Source: a virus. From it: a DNA stretch of 64,000 nucleotides. The translations under genes and the position numbers were made by a program. Location: IMG/VR virus record IMGVR_UViG_3300039106_000244, positions 32,001 to 96,000 of that record, one strand, 5' to 3'. Below, piece by piece: positions 1-10,454 of the stretch. The notes under the pieces were generated by a model. It was not told where the DNA came from. It worked only from the letters and a program-made list of their open reading frames with translations, and searched no databases. The first letter of the stretch is position 1. Each line of letters begins with the position of its first letter.

Positions 1-1000
1 ATGCATGACTAGTTCTTATATTATACACATCTAAATGTAATCCGAGTCGGTTCCATATAATATTATAATCATCCGACCCAAATGTTCTATGTAAGTCGAC
101 TTGTCCTACTTGCGGATGGCCGATTGTCAATGATTTATCATTTGGATCAAATCCATTATCTATTAGCCATTGAGTGAAATCTGTGAGCTCTTTTTTCATC
201 CAAGAAAAATTACCAGGACTAAGTGCCCACTCAATATCAAAATCTCCGGCGGCTTCGGTTTGTGATCGCATCGCCGATGTCGTTAAATCATCAATGGTAT
301 GCCCTCCTTTACCTTCATCACGAAAGACTTCGTAATGATGCTTGCCAATGGCTTTATTGACTCCAACAAATACGCCACCTGCTGGTCTATTTAAACTTTC
401 AATTCCAAATAATTCAAAGTCATTAGCATCCAATGTAAATCGTGGTGCATTCAACCAACACATTAATTGACTAGGTCGACGCCATTCCGGCGCATGAATT
501 GCTTTACGCATACTTAATACAAGCGACTCATACTCGTGACATAATAAATTTAGCTGGCGGATGTGCCATTTAATAGTATCAGTGGCCTGATTATAATATT
601 TAGACATGTGTCCACTTACACCTTGTAAATCTTCAAAGTATCTATGTAAATGATTTAATTTGTCGTGTACTAATTTGCCACCTTCGAGAAATTCGCCAAC
701 CGGACCGGGCACTATAGTATTTTCTACAGTAAAATGATCAGTAATTTGGTATCCAAGGTCTGCTTGATTTATTGCAGCTATTGATAAATTGATTTGATTA
801 GTAATATATTCTGCATTACGTTCCGATTCGATAAATCCGTGAAAGCAGTAATTTTTCTCAAGGTGATAGTTATTTTCTATTAGATTGTTTAGGGCCGATA
901 GCCATTTACGACTAAGCGAGCTATCAAATATATCAATATATACTGTTAAGAGTTTATTAGTTTTATTATTTTTTAAATCAATTTCAATTTGATCAAGCAA
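1..1000 (-). CDS. Hypothetical protein, 3'-truncated by window edge (>=333 aa; MLDQIEIDLKNNKTNKLLTVYIDIFDSSLSRKWLSALNNL...)
   Basis: Hand translation: open frame from TTG at 998-1000 (overlapping the upstream gene's stop) to the window start. Absent from the ORF track because it has no stop in the window. Confidence 0.8.
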   Translation of the reverse strand, partial: MLDQIEIDLKNNKTNKLLTVYIDIFDSSLSRKWLSALNNLIENNYHLEKNYCFHGFIESERNAEYITNQINLSIAAINQADLGYQITDHFTVENTIVPGPVGEFLEGGKLVHDKLNHLHRYFEDLQGVSGHMSKYYNQATDTIKWHIRQLNLLCHEYESLVLSMRKAIHAPEWRRPSQLMCWLNAPRFTLDANDFELFGIESLNRPAGGVFVGVNKAIGKHHYEVFRDEGKGGHTIDDLTTSAMRSQTEAAGDFDIEWALSPGNFSWMKKELTDFTQWLIDNGFDPNDKSLTIGHPQVGQVDLHRTFGSDDYNIIWNRLGLHLDVYNIRTSHA

Positions 1001-2294
1001 TGTTGTTGTACCACTCATATACTTCCGGTCTCTCTTTTAAGATGTCTGCTAATGTATACGTATCACCACGAATACTTTCTAATTGTAGCACACGAGCCTT
1101 ACCTTTTGCAAGACTTACTTTATATGTATCTGGCCATTGCTCATCAAATGTCGGTCGTGATTTTAACTGTACAAGTATATCTTGCATAGCACCAGAAGTT
1201 TGTGGTATTAGTTCATCTAACCATGGATGTAATAACTTGCGCGGCAGTGCCAAGGGACTAAGAATAATATCAGGGCTAAAGCTAAAAACAACTTTAGCCA
1301 ATATATCTACTTTTTCTTCGTTAGCAAGCTGGGTAATGTTAATAACTTCAAACATTCCCGGCATTGTGAGTGTGAAGTCGATTCGCATTTGTCTGCGGTT
1401 AGTTGCAATTTTAACTCCTTCACGGAAGTTTTCAAGCCATTGACTATAATTAAGTCCTGTTCTAATATATTCGCCAATGCGACCAGTTCCGTCGAGACTG
1501 GCACAGATTTGCCAGTCACGTAACCTAGATAAAATATCGCTGAAGAGATTGATGCCACGATAGTCGATGCGGCTAAGATTAGTATTGTACCTTGCATAAG
1601 CATTCTTTCCATCTCCCAAATCAATTATGCGTTTCATATAACGCCAATGCTGTTCGTACATTAAGGGCTCACCGCCAACCCAATATACTTCCTCAACTTG
1701 ATGATTCTCGACTGCTTGAGCAAACTCCTGTTCAATTTGACTATCTTGAAATTTTGATATTTCGCTTCTCACTTCGGGCTTCATCCAATTATTCTTTGGA
1801 TTGTGCCAATTGATCATATTATGTTGTTTTTGTTCAGTTTCCCAAGCACTTGACAACATATCGCCACACATGCGACATTTAAAGTTACATAAGTTACTAA
1901 ATCTATAATCCCAACTTATAGGACGCATAGTTGTATAACCTGTTTCGTCTGTTGTTTCTATTACTTGCAAATATTTATTTTCGAACATTTGATCAAAATA
2001 ACTACGGTAAACTGATGTATTCAACAGCTTATCATTACATACTTCGCACTCTGGGAGGGTTTCCCCAGCAATCATGCGACGACGGACCGACCGCATGTGC
2101 TCGCTATTCCAGTGTTCATCCAGAGTTATTGGAATGTATTTGCCCGTTCCGGCTTTTGTATCAATATACTGCTGAAAGTTTTGCGCAGGTTCGCGACTAG
2201 CACAGCACATACGTCTTTCTGTGACAGGGCTTAAATAGGTATGGAGAAATGGCGCAAAACAGAAATTCTCTGGCGGCTTTTTAGGAATTGACAT
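993..2294 (-). CDS. Radical SAM protein with N-terminal Cys-rich (twitch/SPASM-like) segment
   Basis: CNFKCRMC (CxxxCxxC), GGEP, YNTN and SLDG motifs; N-terminal CFAPF...CC...CEVC. Confidence 0.9.
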   Translation of the reverse strand: MSIPKKPPENFCFAPFLHTYLSPVTERRMCCASREPAQNFQQYIDTKAGTGKYIPITLDEHWNSEHMRSVRRRMIAGETLPECEVCNDKLLNTSVYRSYFDQMFENKYLQVIETTDETGYTTMRPISWDYRFSNLCNFKCRMCGDMLSSAWETEQKQHNMINWHNPKNNWMKPEVRSEISKFQDSQIEQEFAQAVENHQVEEVYWVGGEPLMYEQHWRYMKRIIDLGDGKNAYARYNTNLSRIDYRGINLFSDILSRLRDWQICASLDGTGRIGEYIRTGLNYSQWLENFREGVKIATNRRQMRIDFTLTMPGMFEVINITQLANEEKVDILAKVVFSFSPDIILSPLALPRKLLHPWLDELIPQTSGAMQDILVQLKSRPTFDEQWPDTYKVSLAKGKARVLQLESIRGDTYTLADILKERPEVYEWYNNIA

Positions 2295-4836
2295 AACCCA
2301 TTGCTAGTGCAATTTCCTTATGTGTTGTTAGCATACTTTGTTCGCGATATGCATCTGTCTGTTGCATTTTTTGTAAGAATTCTGTACCATCACTTCCTGC
2401 GCCGTTTTCAATGAACTGAATTATTTTATCAATTTCAACACGATGCTTAACATTAAATGGGTAATCATTCAATCTATCTATAACTAATTTTTGTGCGGCT
2501 GGTGTCATACGATTAATACACATAACATTTGGGTCATGCAACATATTAAAATGCACCATGTCAAATTGTTGAGTATTAACCCAGTCACATAGCTCAGGTA
2601 GATAGTAAACATTTTGTATGTTTATAGTCATGCATACCTGTGTTTGAATTAGATTAGTTTTCATTGCATTAAATTTTATAACATTGGTTTTTACTTCGTC
2701 CCACACAGCACCATAACGTTCATATTCAAATCGTGCTTCGATATTATCTATGCTAACTGCAATTTCAATGTTTCTAAATTTACCCCATAAACTTACTTCT
2801 TCGTCTGAGGGATATACAGTACCATTAGTATTATAATGTATATCTATACGTTTACTATATCCATGTTCTACTGCATAACGTAATAGTTTAAAGTGTTCTT
2901 CAATTAAGAATGGTTCGCCACCTGTAAATTCAAAGTACTTGATGTTTGGTAATAGTTCTTTTAAATTTTCCCAGAACACTTCACTTTCTCTTGGCCAAGT
3001 TCCTTCTTGTAAGAACATGTATGCACTATGTTGTTTGCGGTCATATCCTTGTACGTCTTTGTATTTTCTAGCTTCGTAATCAATTTCTTCTTTGGCCCAT
3101 TTACTGCTAGACCACGAGCCACATATACGACATTTAAGATTACAGATGTTGCCTAGCTTAAGATCAATAAACCAAAGTTGGTCAGGTTTATCATTCTTCC
3201 AATCAACAATAGGATAAAACTCTTTAAGTCTAATTCTGCTATTAATACGCTTACTAACTATACCGGCATCTTCTTCCTTCCAGCAACGATTACATGTAGA
3301 TGGCTTTTCACCCCGACGGAATTGTTGTCGTAAGTCTTGCATATATTCACTGTTGTAAATTTCTGCCAATGAACTTTCTTTTAGCTTATACGGTGTACCA
3401 TCACTTTTAGTAATCTCATCTGTTGCTAAACAACATGGGCGAGCTGTGCCAACCGGACTTGCTTCAATACTAACCCACGGTAACATACAAATATTATCGT
3501 GTGTCTTGTTAATACCTAAATGATCACGTAACTCTTTATATTCCGGAAACACTTCTTCAAATGTTTCTTTTCTCATTGAATCAGTTTGATCATTTATCTT
3601 AAAGAATTCTTTTAATAAGTGACTTTTGTCGTCTTGATACATAAATGTAATAATAGCTTTATAACCCGAGATAGCTCGTTGCAATTGATCTTGTGGTGCA
3701 AGCCATGCGATATGTTCTTCGACACGTTGTTTAATTCTATCTTTAAATTGAATTGGTAATACATCAATACGATCGCGTTCCGGACTCTGTAGAATGTTTA
3801 CGTTCCAATCCATTGCTTTAATTAAGCCAAGTTCGACCCATTCTTTATGGAATTCTGTTAAATGCCATGCATTAAGTATACTAACTGTACTGCTAACATA
3901 AAAGTCAACATTAGGACAAATTTCAATCATTTTGCGGCGATTTTCTACTGTTTCTGCCCAGTCTTGACCCTTGCGGATATATTCTCCACGAAGATAAGAA
4001 TCATCTAAACTTGCGCCTACACTTACTACATCAAATAGTTTCCAGTATTCAAACACCATCTTATCTTTAAGACGAATGTGACTAAAGTTTGTATTATATA
4101 CTAATCTAACATGGAACATTTTACGTTTAACTAATTCTTCTAGTATACGATAATGTTCTTCCATGATAAGTGGCTCACCACCAGCAAAGTAAATTTGTTC
4201 TAAGTAAGGGATATGTTCTTGCATCTGCTCCCACATATCATCTTTCTCTTTACCAGCAAACATAATTTGTGGGTGATTTAACTTACCAAATAGTTTTGTT
4301 TCTTCGGCAAACCAACTACTACTAAACAAACTACCACATGTTCTGCAGCTGAAGTTACATAGATTACTAAAGCGTATGTCATAGTAGCGTAATTTAAAAT
4401 CATCTAAACTACCATCTGGATTAGTTTTGTCTGTTAGTGCAATATGATGTCCGAAGTTTTTATTTTGGCTATTGCGCATTGAAAAGAAGCCGTTGTCTTC
4501 TTGTTCATAACAACGTGTACATTCTTTAGAAGGCTTATCTTCTAACATATTGATACGCATTTGTTTGTACGGAGTACCATTCCATACTTCTGCCATTGTA
4601 TTTTCTTTAAGATTACCTATAGGCAAATGCATCTCACCTAAACAACAAGGATATGCTCTGCCATCTGGGATACCATGCATGTGTGTCCACGGTATCATAC
4701 AGAAATATTTACTTTCTATTAATTTATATGTATGGTCTTCTGTTAAATCATCTTCATGTATGTACACTGGCTTACGTGTATTGTAATTGTGATTTTTATG
4801 ATGTACTGTTAATTTCTTGCTTGGCTCATCGCTCAT
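2281..4836 (-). CDS. Tandem double radical SAM protein (2 x [twitch/SPASM-like + rSAM])
   Basis: Two CxxxCxxC motifs (CNFSCRTC, CNLKCRIC), two GGEP motifs, two CMxPW...PCC...CxxC segments. Confidence 0.9.
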   Translation of the reverse strand: MSDEPSKKLTVHHKNHNYNTRKPVYIHEDDLTEDHTYKLIESKYFCMIPWTHMHGIPDGRAYPCCLGEMHLPIGNLKENTMAEVWNGTPYKQMRINMLEDKPSKECTRCYEQEDNGFFSMRNSQNKNFGHHIALTDKTNPDGSLDDFKLRYYDIRFSNLCNFSCRTCGSLFSSSWFAEETKLFGKLNHPQIMFAGKEKDDMWEQMQEHIPYLEQIYFAGGEPLIMEEHYRILEELVKRKMFHVRLVYNTNFSHIRLKDKMVFEYWKLFDVVSVGASLDDSYLRGEYIRKGQDWAETVENRRKMIEICPNVDFYVSSTVSILNAWHLTEFHKEWVELGLIKAMDWNVNILQSPERDRIDVLPIQFKDRIKQRVEEHIAWLAPQDQLQRAISGYKAIITFMYQDDKSHLLKEFFKINDQTDSMRKETFEEVFPEYKELRDHLGINKTHDNICMLPWVSIEASPVGTARPCCLATDEITKSDGTPYKLKESSLAEIYNSEYMQDLRQQFRRGEKPSTCNRCWKEEDAGIVSKRINSRIRLKEFYPIVDWKNDKPDQLWFIDLKLGNICNLKCRICGSWSSSKWAKEEIDYEARKYKDVQGYDRKQHSAYMFLQEGTWPRESEVFWENLKELLPNIKYFEFTGGEPFLIEEHFKLLRYAVEHGYSKRIDIHYNTNGTVYPSDEEVSLWGKFRNIEIAVSIDNIEARFEYERYGAVWDEVKTNVIKFNAMKTNLIQTQVCMTINIQNVYYLPELCDWVNTQQFDMVHFNMLHDPNVMCINRMTPAAQKLVIDRLNDYPFNVKHRVEIDKIIQFIENGAGSDGTEFLQKMQQTDAYREQSMLTTHKEIALAMGYVNS

Positions 4837-6209
4837 AGTGTGTCGTACCAGTCTGCTAATTGTGTAAATGTATATTTAAAGTCTTTGCCACGACGTTGGT
4901 CGTATTGTTGATAAAAGTTCTTAAAGTCACGCTGTAGTACCTCGCGTGCCAATGCTTCGCTATGCGGAGTATCCACTGTTTCTAAGTATGTAATTAATCG
5001 TCGTAGTTGATTATATTCATATTCATGCATAAAATCTACAGCAACATCGCCGAAGATACGCAATTCATCTGCGTATTGTTTACGCATTTCTAACGGTAAT
5101 ATCAATGGGCTTTGGAAACTAGGAAAACGTAAGATGTTAAGGCTAAAGTTAATTGCATCCTCGCCGTACTTCTTTTTAAGATTAACAATCATCCATAAGA
5201 ATTCTGTTAAGCTCGATAAGCACAATGCATTAATGGTACACATAACATGAAGCCCACGTAATCGTTTACTATCTAATAACCACATAACATTTTGACACCA
5301 CTGATCCCAATCTAGTCCATCACGAATATATATTGCATGTCTACCGATGCTTTCGTTGCTAGTGTATAAATCTAATTCAGTACCTTCTGTGCTATCTAAT
5401 AATCGTTCTAATACTTCGCGGTCAACTCCTAGATTACTATTAATAGCTAAACGTGTTTTACTAGTGCCTTTGTTTTCTTTAAACCAATCAAACAGGCGCC
5501 ATGTGTAACCCGACATCAATGGCTCGCCGCCGGTAATGCGTAATTCTTTTAATGTTTTGTGTAAGTCTGTTTCCCACCATTTGAAGAACGCTTCCACATA
5601 TGGATTAACTTCATTGAGTTTGAACAGTTGACTACTATCATGAACGTGAGTAAAATGATTCCTACCGTCTGATACCAAACCTGTGTATGCACCGCTTGTT
5701 TTAATGTCTCTGACCCAGGCGCTACTAAAAGCAGGGTTGCAGTAACTACAAGCAAATTGGCAAGTGCGGTCAAAAGAAATTTCCAATGTTTGCAAATTAA
5801 CGTCTTCGTTTGCAGGTAAATTGTATGCATAATCTAAATCCTCATCATTATAAATTACTGTTTTGTATACACGGTCACTAATCGGTACAGGAACATCTAC
5901 ACCATTGTACTTAGAACCCTTGTACATGTCTTCTATCTTCCAGCAGTAATCACACCCTGCAGGTCGTTCACCCTCTTGCATTTGCTTACGTTCTAATTTC
6001 TTTTGTGGCGTGTTATGTAATGCACTTGGGTTTGTTTTAATTGCTTCTAAGTCAATTGCATGAGGTAATGGATGATGACAACTTGTAGTCTGACCTGAGC
6101 CCAACCATATAGTTGCATTGTACCATTTAGCCGCACAGAAACTAGCTGACTTAATGTCAATTACTCTACGCTTATATTGTATATCTGATTCGTTATTAAT
6201 TCTCGGCAT
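4833..6209 (-). CDS. Radical SAM protein
   Basis: CQFACSYC, TGGEP; N-terminal CAAKW...SCHH...CDYC. Confidence 0.9.
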   Translation of the reverse strand: MPRINNESDIQYKRRVIDIKSASFCAAKWYNATIWLGSGQTTSCHHPLPHAIDLEAIKTNPSALHNTPQKKLERKQMQEGERPAGCDYCWKIEDMYKGSKYNGVDVPVPISDRVYKTVIYNDEDLDYAYNLPANEDVNLQTLEISFDRTCQFACSYCNPAFSSAWVRDIKTSGAYTGLVSDGRNHFTHVHDSSQLFKLNEVNPYVEAFFKWWETDLHKTLKELRITGGEPLMSGYTWRLFDWFKENKGTSKTRLAINSNLGVDREVLERLLDSTEGTELDLYTSNESIGRHAIYIRDGLDWDQWCQNVMWLLDSKRLRGLHVMCTINALCLSSLTEFLWMIVNLKKKYGEDAINFSLNILRFPSFQSPLILPLEMRKQYADELRIFGDVAVDFMHEYEYNQLRRLITYLETVDTPHSEALAREVLQRDFKNFYQQYDQRRGKDFKYTFTQLADWYDTL

Positions 6210-6251
6210 TTAGTAATTATAGCAGGAACAATGAAGATTGTATATCTTTTT

Positions 6252-6319
6252 GATAAATAAAAATGCAGTTCACGGAAGTGGAATTCCTAACTGCTCTAAC
6301 GTTCAGGAGAACAATCAGC
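6252..6319 (+). promoter_or_regulatory. TAAATA late-promoter-like box plus structured leader of the endonuclease gene
   Basis: GATAAATA 6252-6259; stem GCAGTT/AACTGC with inner GGAA/TTCC; GTTC-AGGA-GAAC hairpin over the SD; ATG at 6320. Confidence 0.55.
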
Positions 6320-6913
6320 ATGAATATTTATCAATCAACAGAAGTGCGACCATACATTTATATCTGCACACATAAAACAACTGGAAAATTTTACATCGGA
6401 TATAGAGAAGCAAATAAAATTGCATCACATCTAGATTTTCCTTTATATAAGACTTCCTCTAAAATTGTCAGACCAGATTTTGATAATTACACCTGGATTA
6501 TATTTGCTGAATTCTTAAATGGCGAATCCGCATATCAAATTGAGCAACAACTAATTTTCGAAAACTGGAGTAACCCTTTATTAATAAATCAACATCAGAG
6601 AGTACACGCTTCGACTCCTCTCAGAGGAAGTAGGAAAAATGCAGTATTATCTGACGCTACTAAAAAGAAAATTTCCGACGCAAATAAAGGTAAGAAGAGG
6701 TCAACAGAATTTAAAGAAAGAATGGCTATTTTACACCAAGGCAAAAAACATTCACTAGAATCAATTACAAAAATGAAAATGCGAACAATGTCAGACTCAG
6801 CAAAAGCTCATTTATCGAGTATTAATAAAGGAAAAATAATGTCAGCTGAAACTAAAGAGAAACTTCGTCAAGCTAATCTAGGCAAAAAAAGAGGAAAGTA
6901 TAAAAAAGACTGA
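6320..6913 (+). mobile_element. Free-standing GIY-YIG-type homing endonuclease with NUMOD3-like repeats, inverted within the operon
   Basis: YIY...FYIG N-terminal motif; basic repeats SDATKKKISDANKG and SAETKEKLRQANLGKK. SD AGGAG supports the 6320 start rather than 6263. Confidence 0.8.
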
Positions 6914-6915
6914 CT

Positions 6916-8304
6916 TTAGTTCGAAGCGTGATAGTTGCACTCCTGCCAGAAGTCTGTCATCTGTGGGAACGTTTTCAAAAAGTTTAAGCCTCTGCGTTTA
7001 TCGTATTCATTGAAGAACTTATAAAAGTCTGCTCTTTGTAGTGTAACATATTCCTTAGGTAGTTCACAACCTTGTTTCATCCAATCTACATTACGTTCCA
7101 TACGTTGTATTTCGTAATCCTTAAAGCCTTCAAAGTTATCAGCAGTTTCATCTGCTTGATTTGCTCGCATAAACGTAACAACATCTTCTAATATGCGAAC
7201 ATAACTTGCTGGAAGTATTTGTAAACTTTGATAGGTTGGGCTACGTAATAGTGGCGTATCGAACCACACACGTTGATAAGTTGTGCTGTATTTGTTACGC
7301 ATCTCTAATATCTGTGTCAATAAAAGTTTTAGTCCAAGTACGTTTAAATTGTTCATTGTAATAATAAACGTTAGGCTATTGCGGTATGGCACTACTGCTA
7401 GGAAATCGTTAGTATAGCGCATGACTCTGTCCCATTGTAGACCATCGCGTATATATTCTGCATGTCTAGGAAGTCCGCTATCTAAGCTAACATACTGCAT
7501 AAAGTGTTCAATGCGTTCACCAGTGCATAGTTGTTTTACTTTGTCTAGGTACTTGTCAAACAGTTCGGGCTCAACACTAAAGTTACTAGTAACGTCTACG
7601 TGCAGATCACTCTTGGGTAAGGCAAGTATGTAATCAAATACACGATGTGTATTCTTATCCATAAGCGGTTCGCCACCAGTCATTCTAAAGTGTTTTAGCT
7701 TAGGGTACAGCTCGGGCCACCAACGCCAAAATGCTTCAACATACGGGTTAGATTCACGTACTGGGATTGGCTTGCGTCGACCTTGAAAGTGTTCAGGCGC
7801 ATTGTGTGGTACGCTTGTTGGATACGCACCCCAACGATCAATGTCTTTGCCCCACTCCGTTGAATACTGTGGACTGCAATATGAACAAGCTAAGTTACAG
7901 CCGTGACTAAAGTTTACTTCGACATAACTTGGCACAACGTCTTGGTCCCATGGTGCGTTTACTATTTCTTCATAGTGTTCGGCCGCCCACGGTTCACCAC
8001 TGCGATAGTGTCTATCGCTTAGTTGTTTGTTATCTTCTGCACTCCAACAGTAACTACATTCTGCTGGGCGTATTTGCTCTAGCATAAGTTTACGTTGCTG
8101 TTTCTTGTAATCAGTGTTATGTAGCGCACCTGGATTGAATAACAATGGAGCACTATCAATCTCATGTAAGGGCGGATGATAACAACTATTTGTTAGTCCA
8201 GTTGGCAGATGTAAACTTACTTGTTGCCACTTAGCCAAGCAGAGTGCAGGACCTAATTTATCCTTCATGTCTTCTGCAGCTGTCAGGAAATCACTTTTGC
8301 TCAT
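6916..8304 (-). CDS. Radical SAM protein (paralog of 4833-6209)
   Basis: CNLACSYC, TGGEP; N-terminal CLAKW...SCYH...CSYC. Confidence 0.9.
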   Translation of the reverse strand: MSKSDFLTAAEDMKDKLGPALCLAKWQQVSLHLPTGLTNSCYHPPLHEIDSAPLLFNPGALHNTDYKKQQRKLMLEQIRPAECSYCWSAEDNKQLSDRHYRSGEPWAAEHYEEIVNAPWDQDVVPSYVEVNFSHGCNLACSYCSPQYSTEWGKDIDRWGAYPTSVPHNAPEHFQGRRKPIPVRESNPYVEAFWRWWPELYPKLKHFRMTGGEPLMDKNTHRVFDYILALPKSDLHVDVTSNFSVEPELFDKYLDKVKQLCTGERIEHFMQYVSLDSGLPRHAEYIRDGLQWDRVMRYTNDFLAVVPYRNSLTFIITMNNLNVLGLKLLLTQILEMRNKYSTTYQRVWFDTPLLRSPTYQSLQILPASYVRILEDVVTFMRANQADETADNFEGFKDYEIQRMERNVDWMKQGCELPKEYVTLQRADFYKFFNEYDKRRGLNFLKTFPQMTDFWQECNYHASN

Positions 8305-9427
8305 TGATTAATATTTTTTGTAATTCGTTTAACGAAGATGCTTCATAGTAATTATACATGCAATTCTTTGCAAAGTCAATATTTTTTTTGAATCTATTAA
8401 GATTATTATACCACAGTGTTTTAGTATTATCTAAATTAATTAATAATTCTCGGTTCAATTCAATGGCAGAAATTATCCGATCTAATGGATTCTCAATGGT
8501 GTCGTAACTGTGATTAATAATATCATCAAACATATCAAACCCTACTCGTCTTAAATGCTTAACTGTTCTAACAGGTGCTAGCACAATCGGAAAATTGGCG
8601 CCATATATATTTTGTAGGAATTTTTCAGTTAAGAAACTACTTGGTTCACAAAAATTTGATTCTGTGATAATTTCTACAAATGTGTGTTGGTATATAGGTT
8701 TAAGATATAAATTAAAATTATTAACATTATCATTGAGTGATTGTTTGAACGTAGCATTGACTTTATTAAAATCAAACTTAATACCATTTCCTTGTTTTGC
8801 TTTTTGAAATCCCACAAGTATAGTATCTAAATATAAATTCTGTTGTTGCGTAGTTAACTGCCAATTACATAAATCTAGCCATGAATTATATTTTTTATCT
8901 ATCGATTGATAATTAAAAGTAATATAACCATATTGGTCAAGATCCATTCCTAATAGATAACTAACTGTAGTATAACGATGTGGTCGTAAACCACGATTTA
9001 AACACATAAAGGTAGTTAAATTATCATTGCTCTTATCTAATACACTTTCTCTATGATGTGTATGTTGCATTTGCAGGCCACCGTGACAAATTAAATGTAC
9101 ATTATTAGCAGCAATTTCTCTATCCAAATAATCCATTGCTGTGGATATTATAAATGTAGTAGCTGGATTTTTTAATGCAATATCAAGTAATACCTGCGCA
9201 TGTACTGTTCTTGTTTGTGTTGGATTATAATCAGAATGATATTGTAAATTATCTACAATGAATAATAATACCAAAGAAGATTCAAATTTTTCCTGTATTA
9301 AATCTTCGAACACCTCATTAAATGAAGCAAAGTAATATGCTTCGGCATTGTTGGGCAACGTTGTAACCATTTTCTTAAATAATTCAAAATACCATTCATC
9401 AAATGGCAGTCGTTTAAATATCTTCAT
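8291..9427 (-). CDS. Putative glycosyltransferase (GT-B, GT10/fucosyltransferase-like C-terminus)
   Basis: CLNR..RPHR and EIITES..FLTEK..FPI..LRRVGFDMFDDIINHSYD, a motif shared with three paralogs in the window. Confidence 0.55.
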   Translation of the reverse strand: MKIFKRLPFDEWYFELFKKMVTTLPNNAEAYYFASFNEVFEDLIQEKFESSLVLLFIVDNLQYHSDYNPTQTRTVHAQVLLDIALKNPATTFIISTAMDYLDREIAANNVHLICHGGLQMQHTHHRESVLDKSNDNLTTFMCLNRGLRPHRYTTVSYLLGMDLDQYGYITFNYQSIDKKYNSWLDLCNWQLTTQQQNLYLDTILVGFQKAKQGNGIKFDFNKVNATFKQSLNDNVNNFNLYLKPIYQHTFVEIITESNFCEPSSFLTEKFLQNIYGANFPIVLAPVRTVKHLRRVGFDMFDDIINHSYDTIENPLDRIISAIELNRELLINLDNTKTLWYNNLNRFKKNIDFAKNCMYNYYEASSLNELQKILINEQK

Positions 9428-10454
9428 TGAATATTTCTTGTATTTGATTAATTGATAAATTTAAAAAATTATTATAATTATGATCCAATATTAATTGCAT
9501 ATCATTGAGTTTAGTATGTAAAGTTTCCACTGGCCAATTAGATATACTATTCAATAATTTTTCAATGTGAGTAATACGATCATGAATACCCACTAAATCA
9601 TATTCTTCGGACCAAAATTCAGCAAATGTTTTAAATCCCAGCTTACGTAGGTTAGCAAGGTAATTAGGATTTGACATCACAATAAACGGACGTTTTGCTA
9701 TAATACAGCGCCACAGCTTTTCTGTCACTAGAAAACAATTACCACTTACATTTGGTTCACATATAATATCAACAAATATATCATTGTAATATTGTAAAAG
9801 ATTTAAATTAGTTGGATGCTGAATTGGGTAATAACTATTTTCGTGTTGAAATGTACCATTTTTACAATTATCTAAATTTTGTAAATATTCTATATCTATT
9901 GTACGTGGACACGTTTTAATAAATTCCACAGCATCAACAACTATATCACATTTAAAATTTATTAAATCATCGAGTCCAATATAACCATTGCCATTGGCAT
10001 TTTCTCTCAATGGATCATAATGATATGTTTGTATGGTTTTATTGTTATAATACTTGTTTAATATAGTTGCGATCCATAATCTATACCAATTACTTCTACT
10101 AGAGAAATTAGCAAAATGTTTAGTAGGAGTTGTGTTGATATTAAGTACTTTGTTATGTAGCCATTCTTGTATTCCGTTCACTTCATACCACGACGATGCT
10201 TGCTTATTGATAATATAATCAGGATGTTGTTCTATCATATTGCCTGTATTAATTGTTATCTGATTCTTATTATAACCTGTACGTAGACAAAATTCATCTA
10301 ACAATCTATATAATCCTAGTGCAGTAGCACACGATCCCTCGGGCGCAAAATCTATTTCTATAGTCTGTTTATTAATGTAACATTTGTACAAAAATTCAGT
10401 CAGCAATTCTTTGCGCCAAATCTTTCTATCTAATGTTTGTACATGTATTTTCAT
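9414..10454 (-). CDS. Putative glycosyltransferase (GT10-like C-terminal motif)
   Basis: DIICEP..VTEK..RPFI..LRKLGFKTF..WSEEYD. Confidence 0.55.
   Translation of the reverse strand: MKIHVQTLDRKIWRKELLTEFLYKCYINKQTIEIDFAPEGSCATALGLYRLLDEFCLRTGYNKNQITINTGNMIEQHPDYIINKQASSWYEVNGIQEWLHNKVLNINTTPTKHFANFSSRSNWYRLWIATILNKYYNNKTIQTYHYDPLRENANGNGYIGLDDLINFKCDIVVDAVEFIKTCPRTIDIEYLQNLDNCKNGTFQHENSYYPIQHPTNLNLLQYYNDIFVDIICEPNVSGNCFLVTEKLWRCIIAKRPFIVMSNPNYLANLRKLGFKTFAEFWSEEYDLVGIHDRITHIEKLLNSISNWPVETLHTKLNDMQLILDHNYNNFLNLSINQIQEIFNEDI

Noticed and set aside
6263-6319. ORF-track start of the endonuclease at 6263
   Set aside because: It lies immediately after the promoter box with no SD; ATG 6320 has AGGAG and precedes the nuclease motif.
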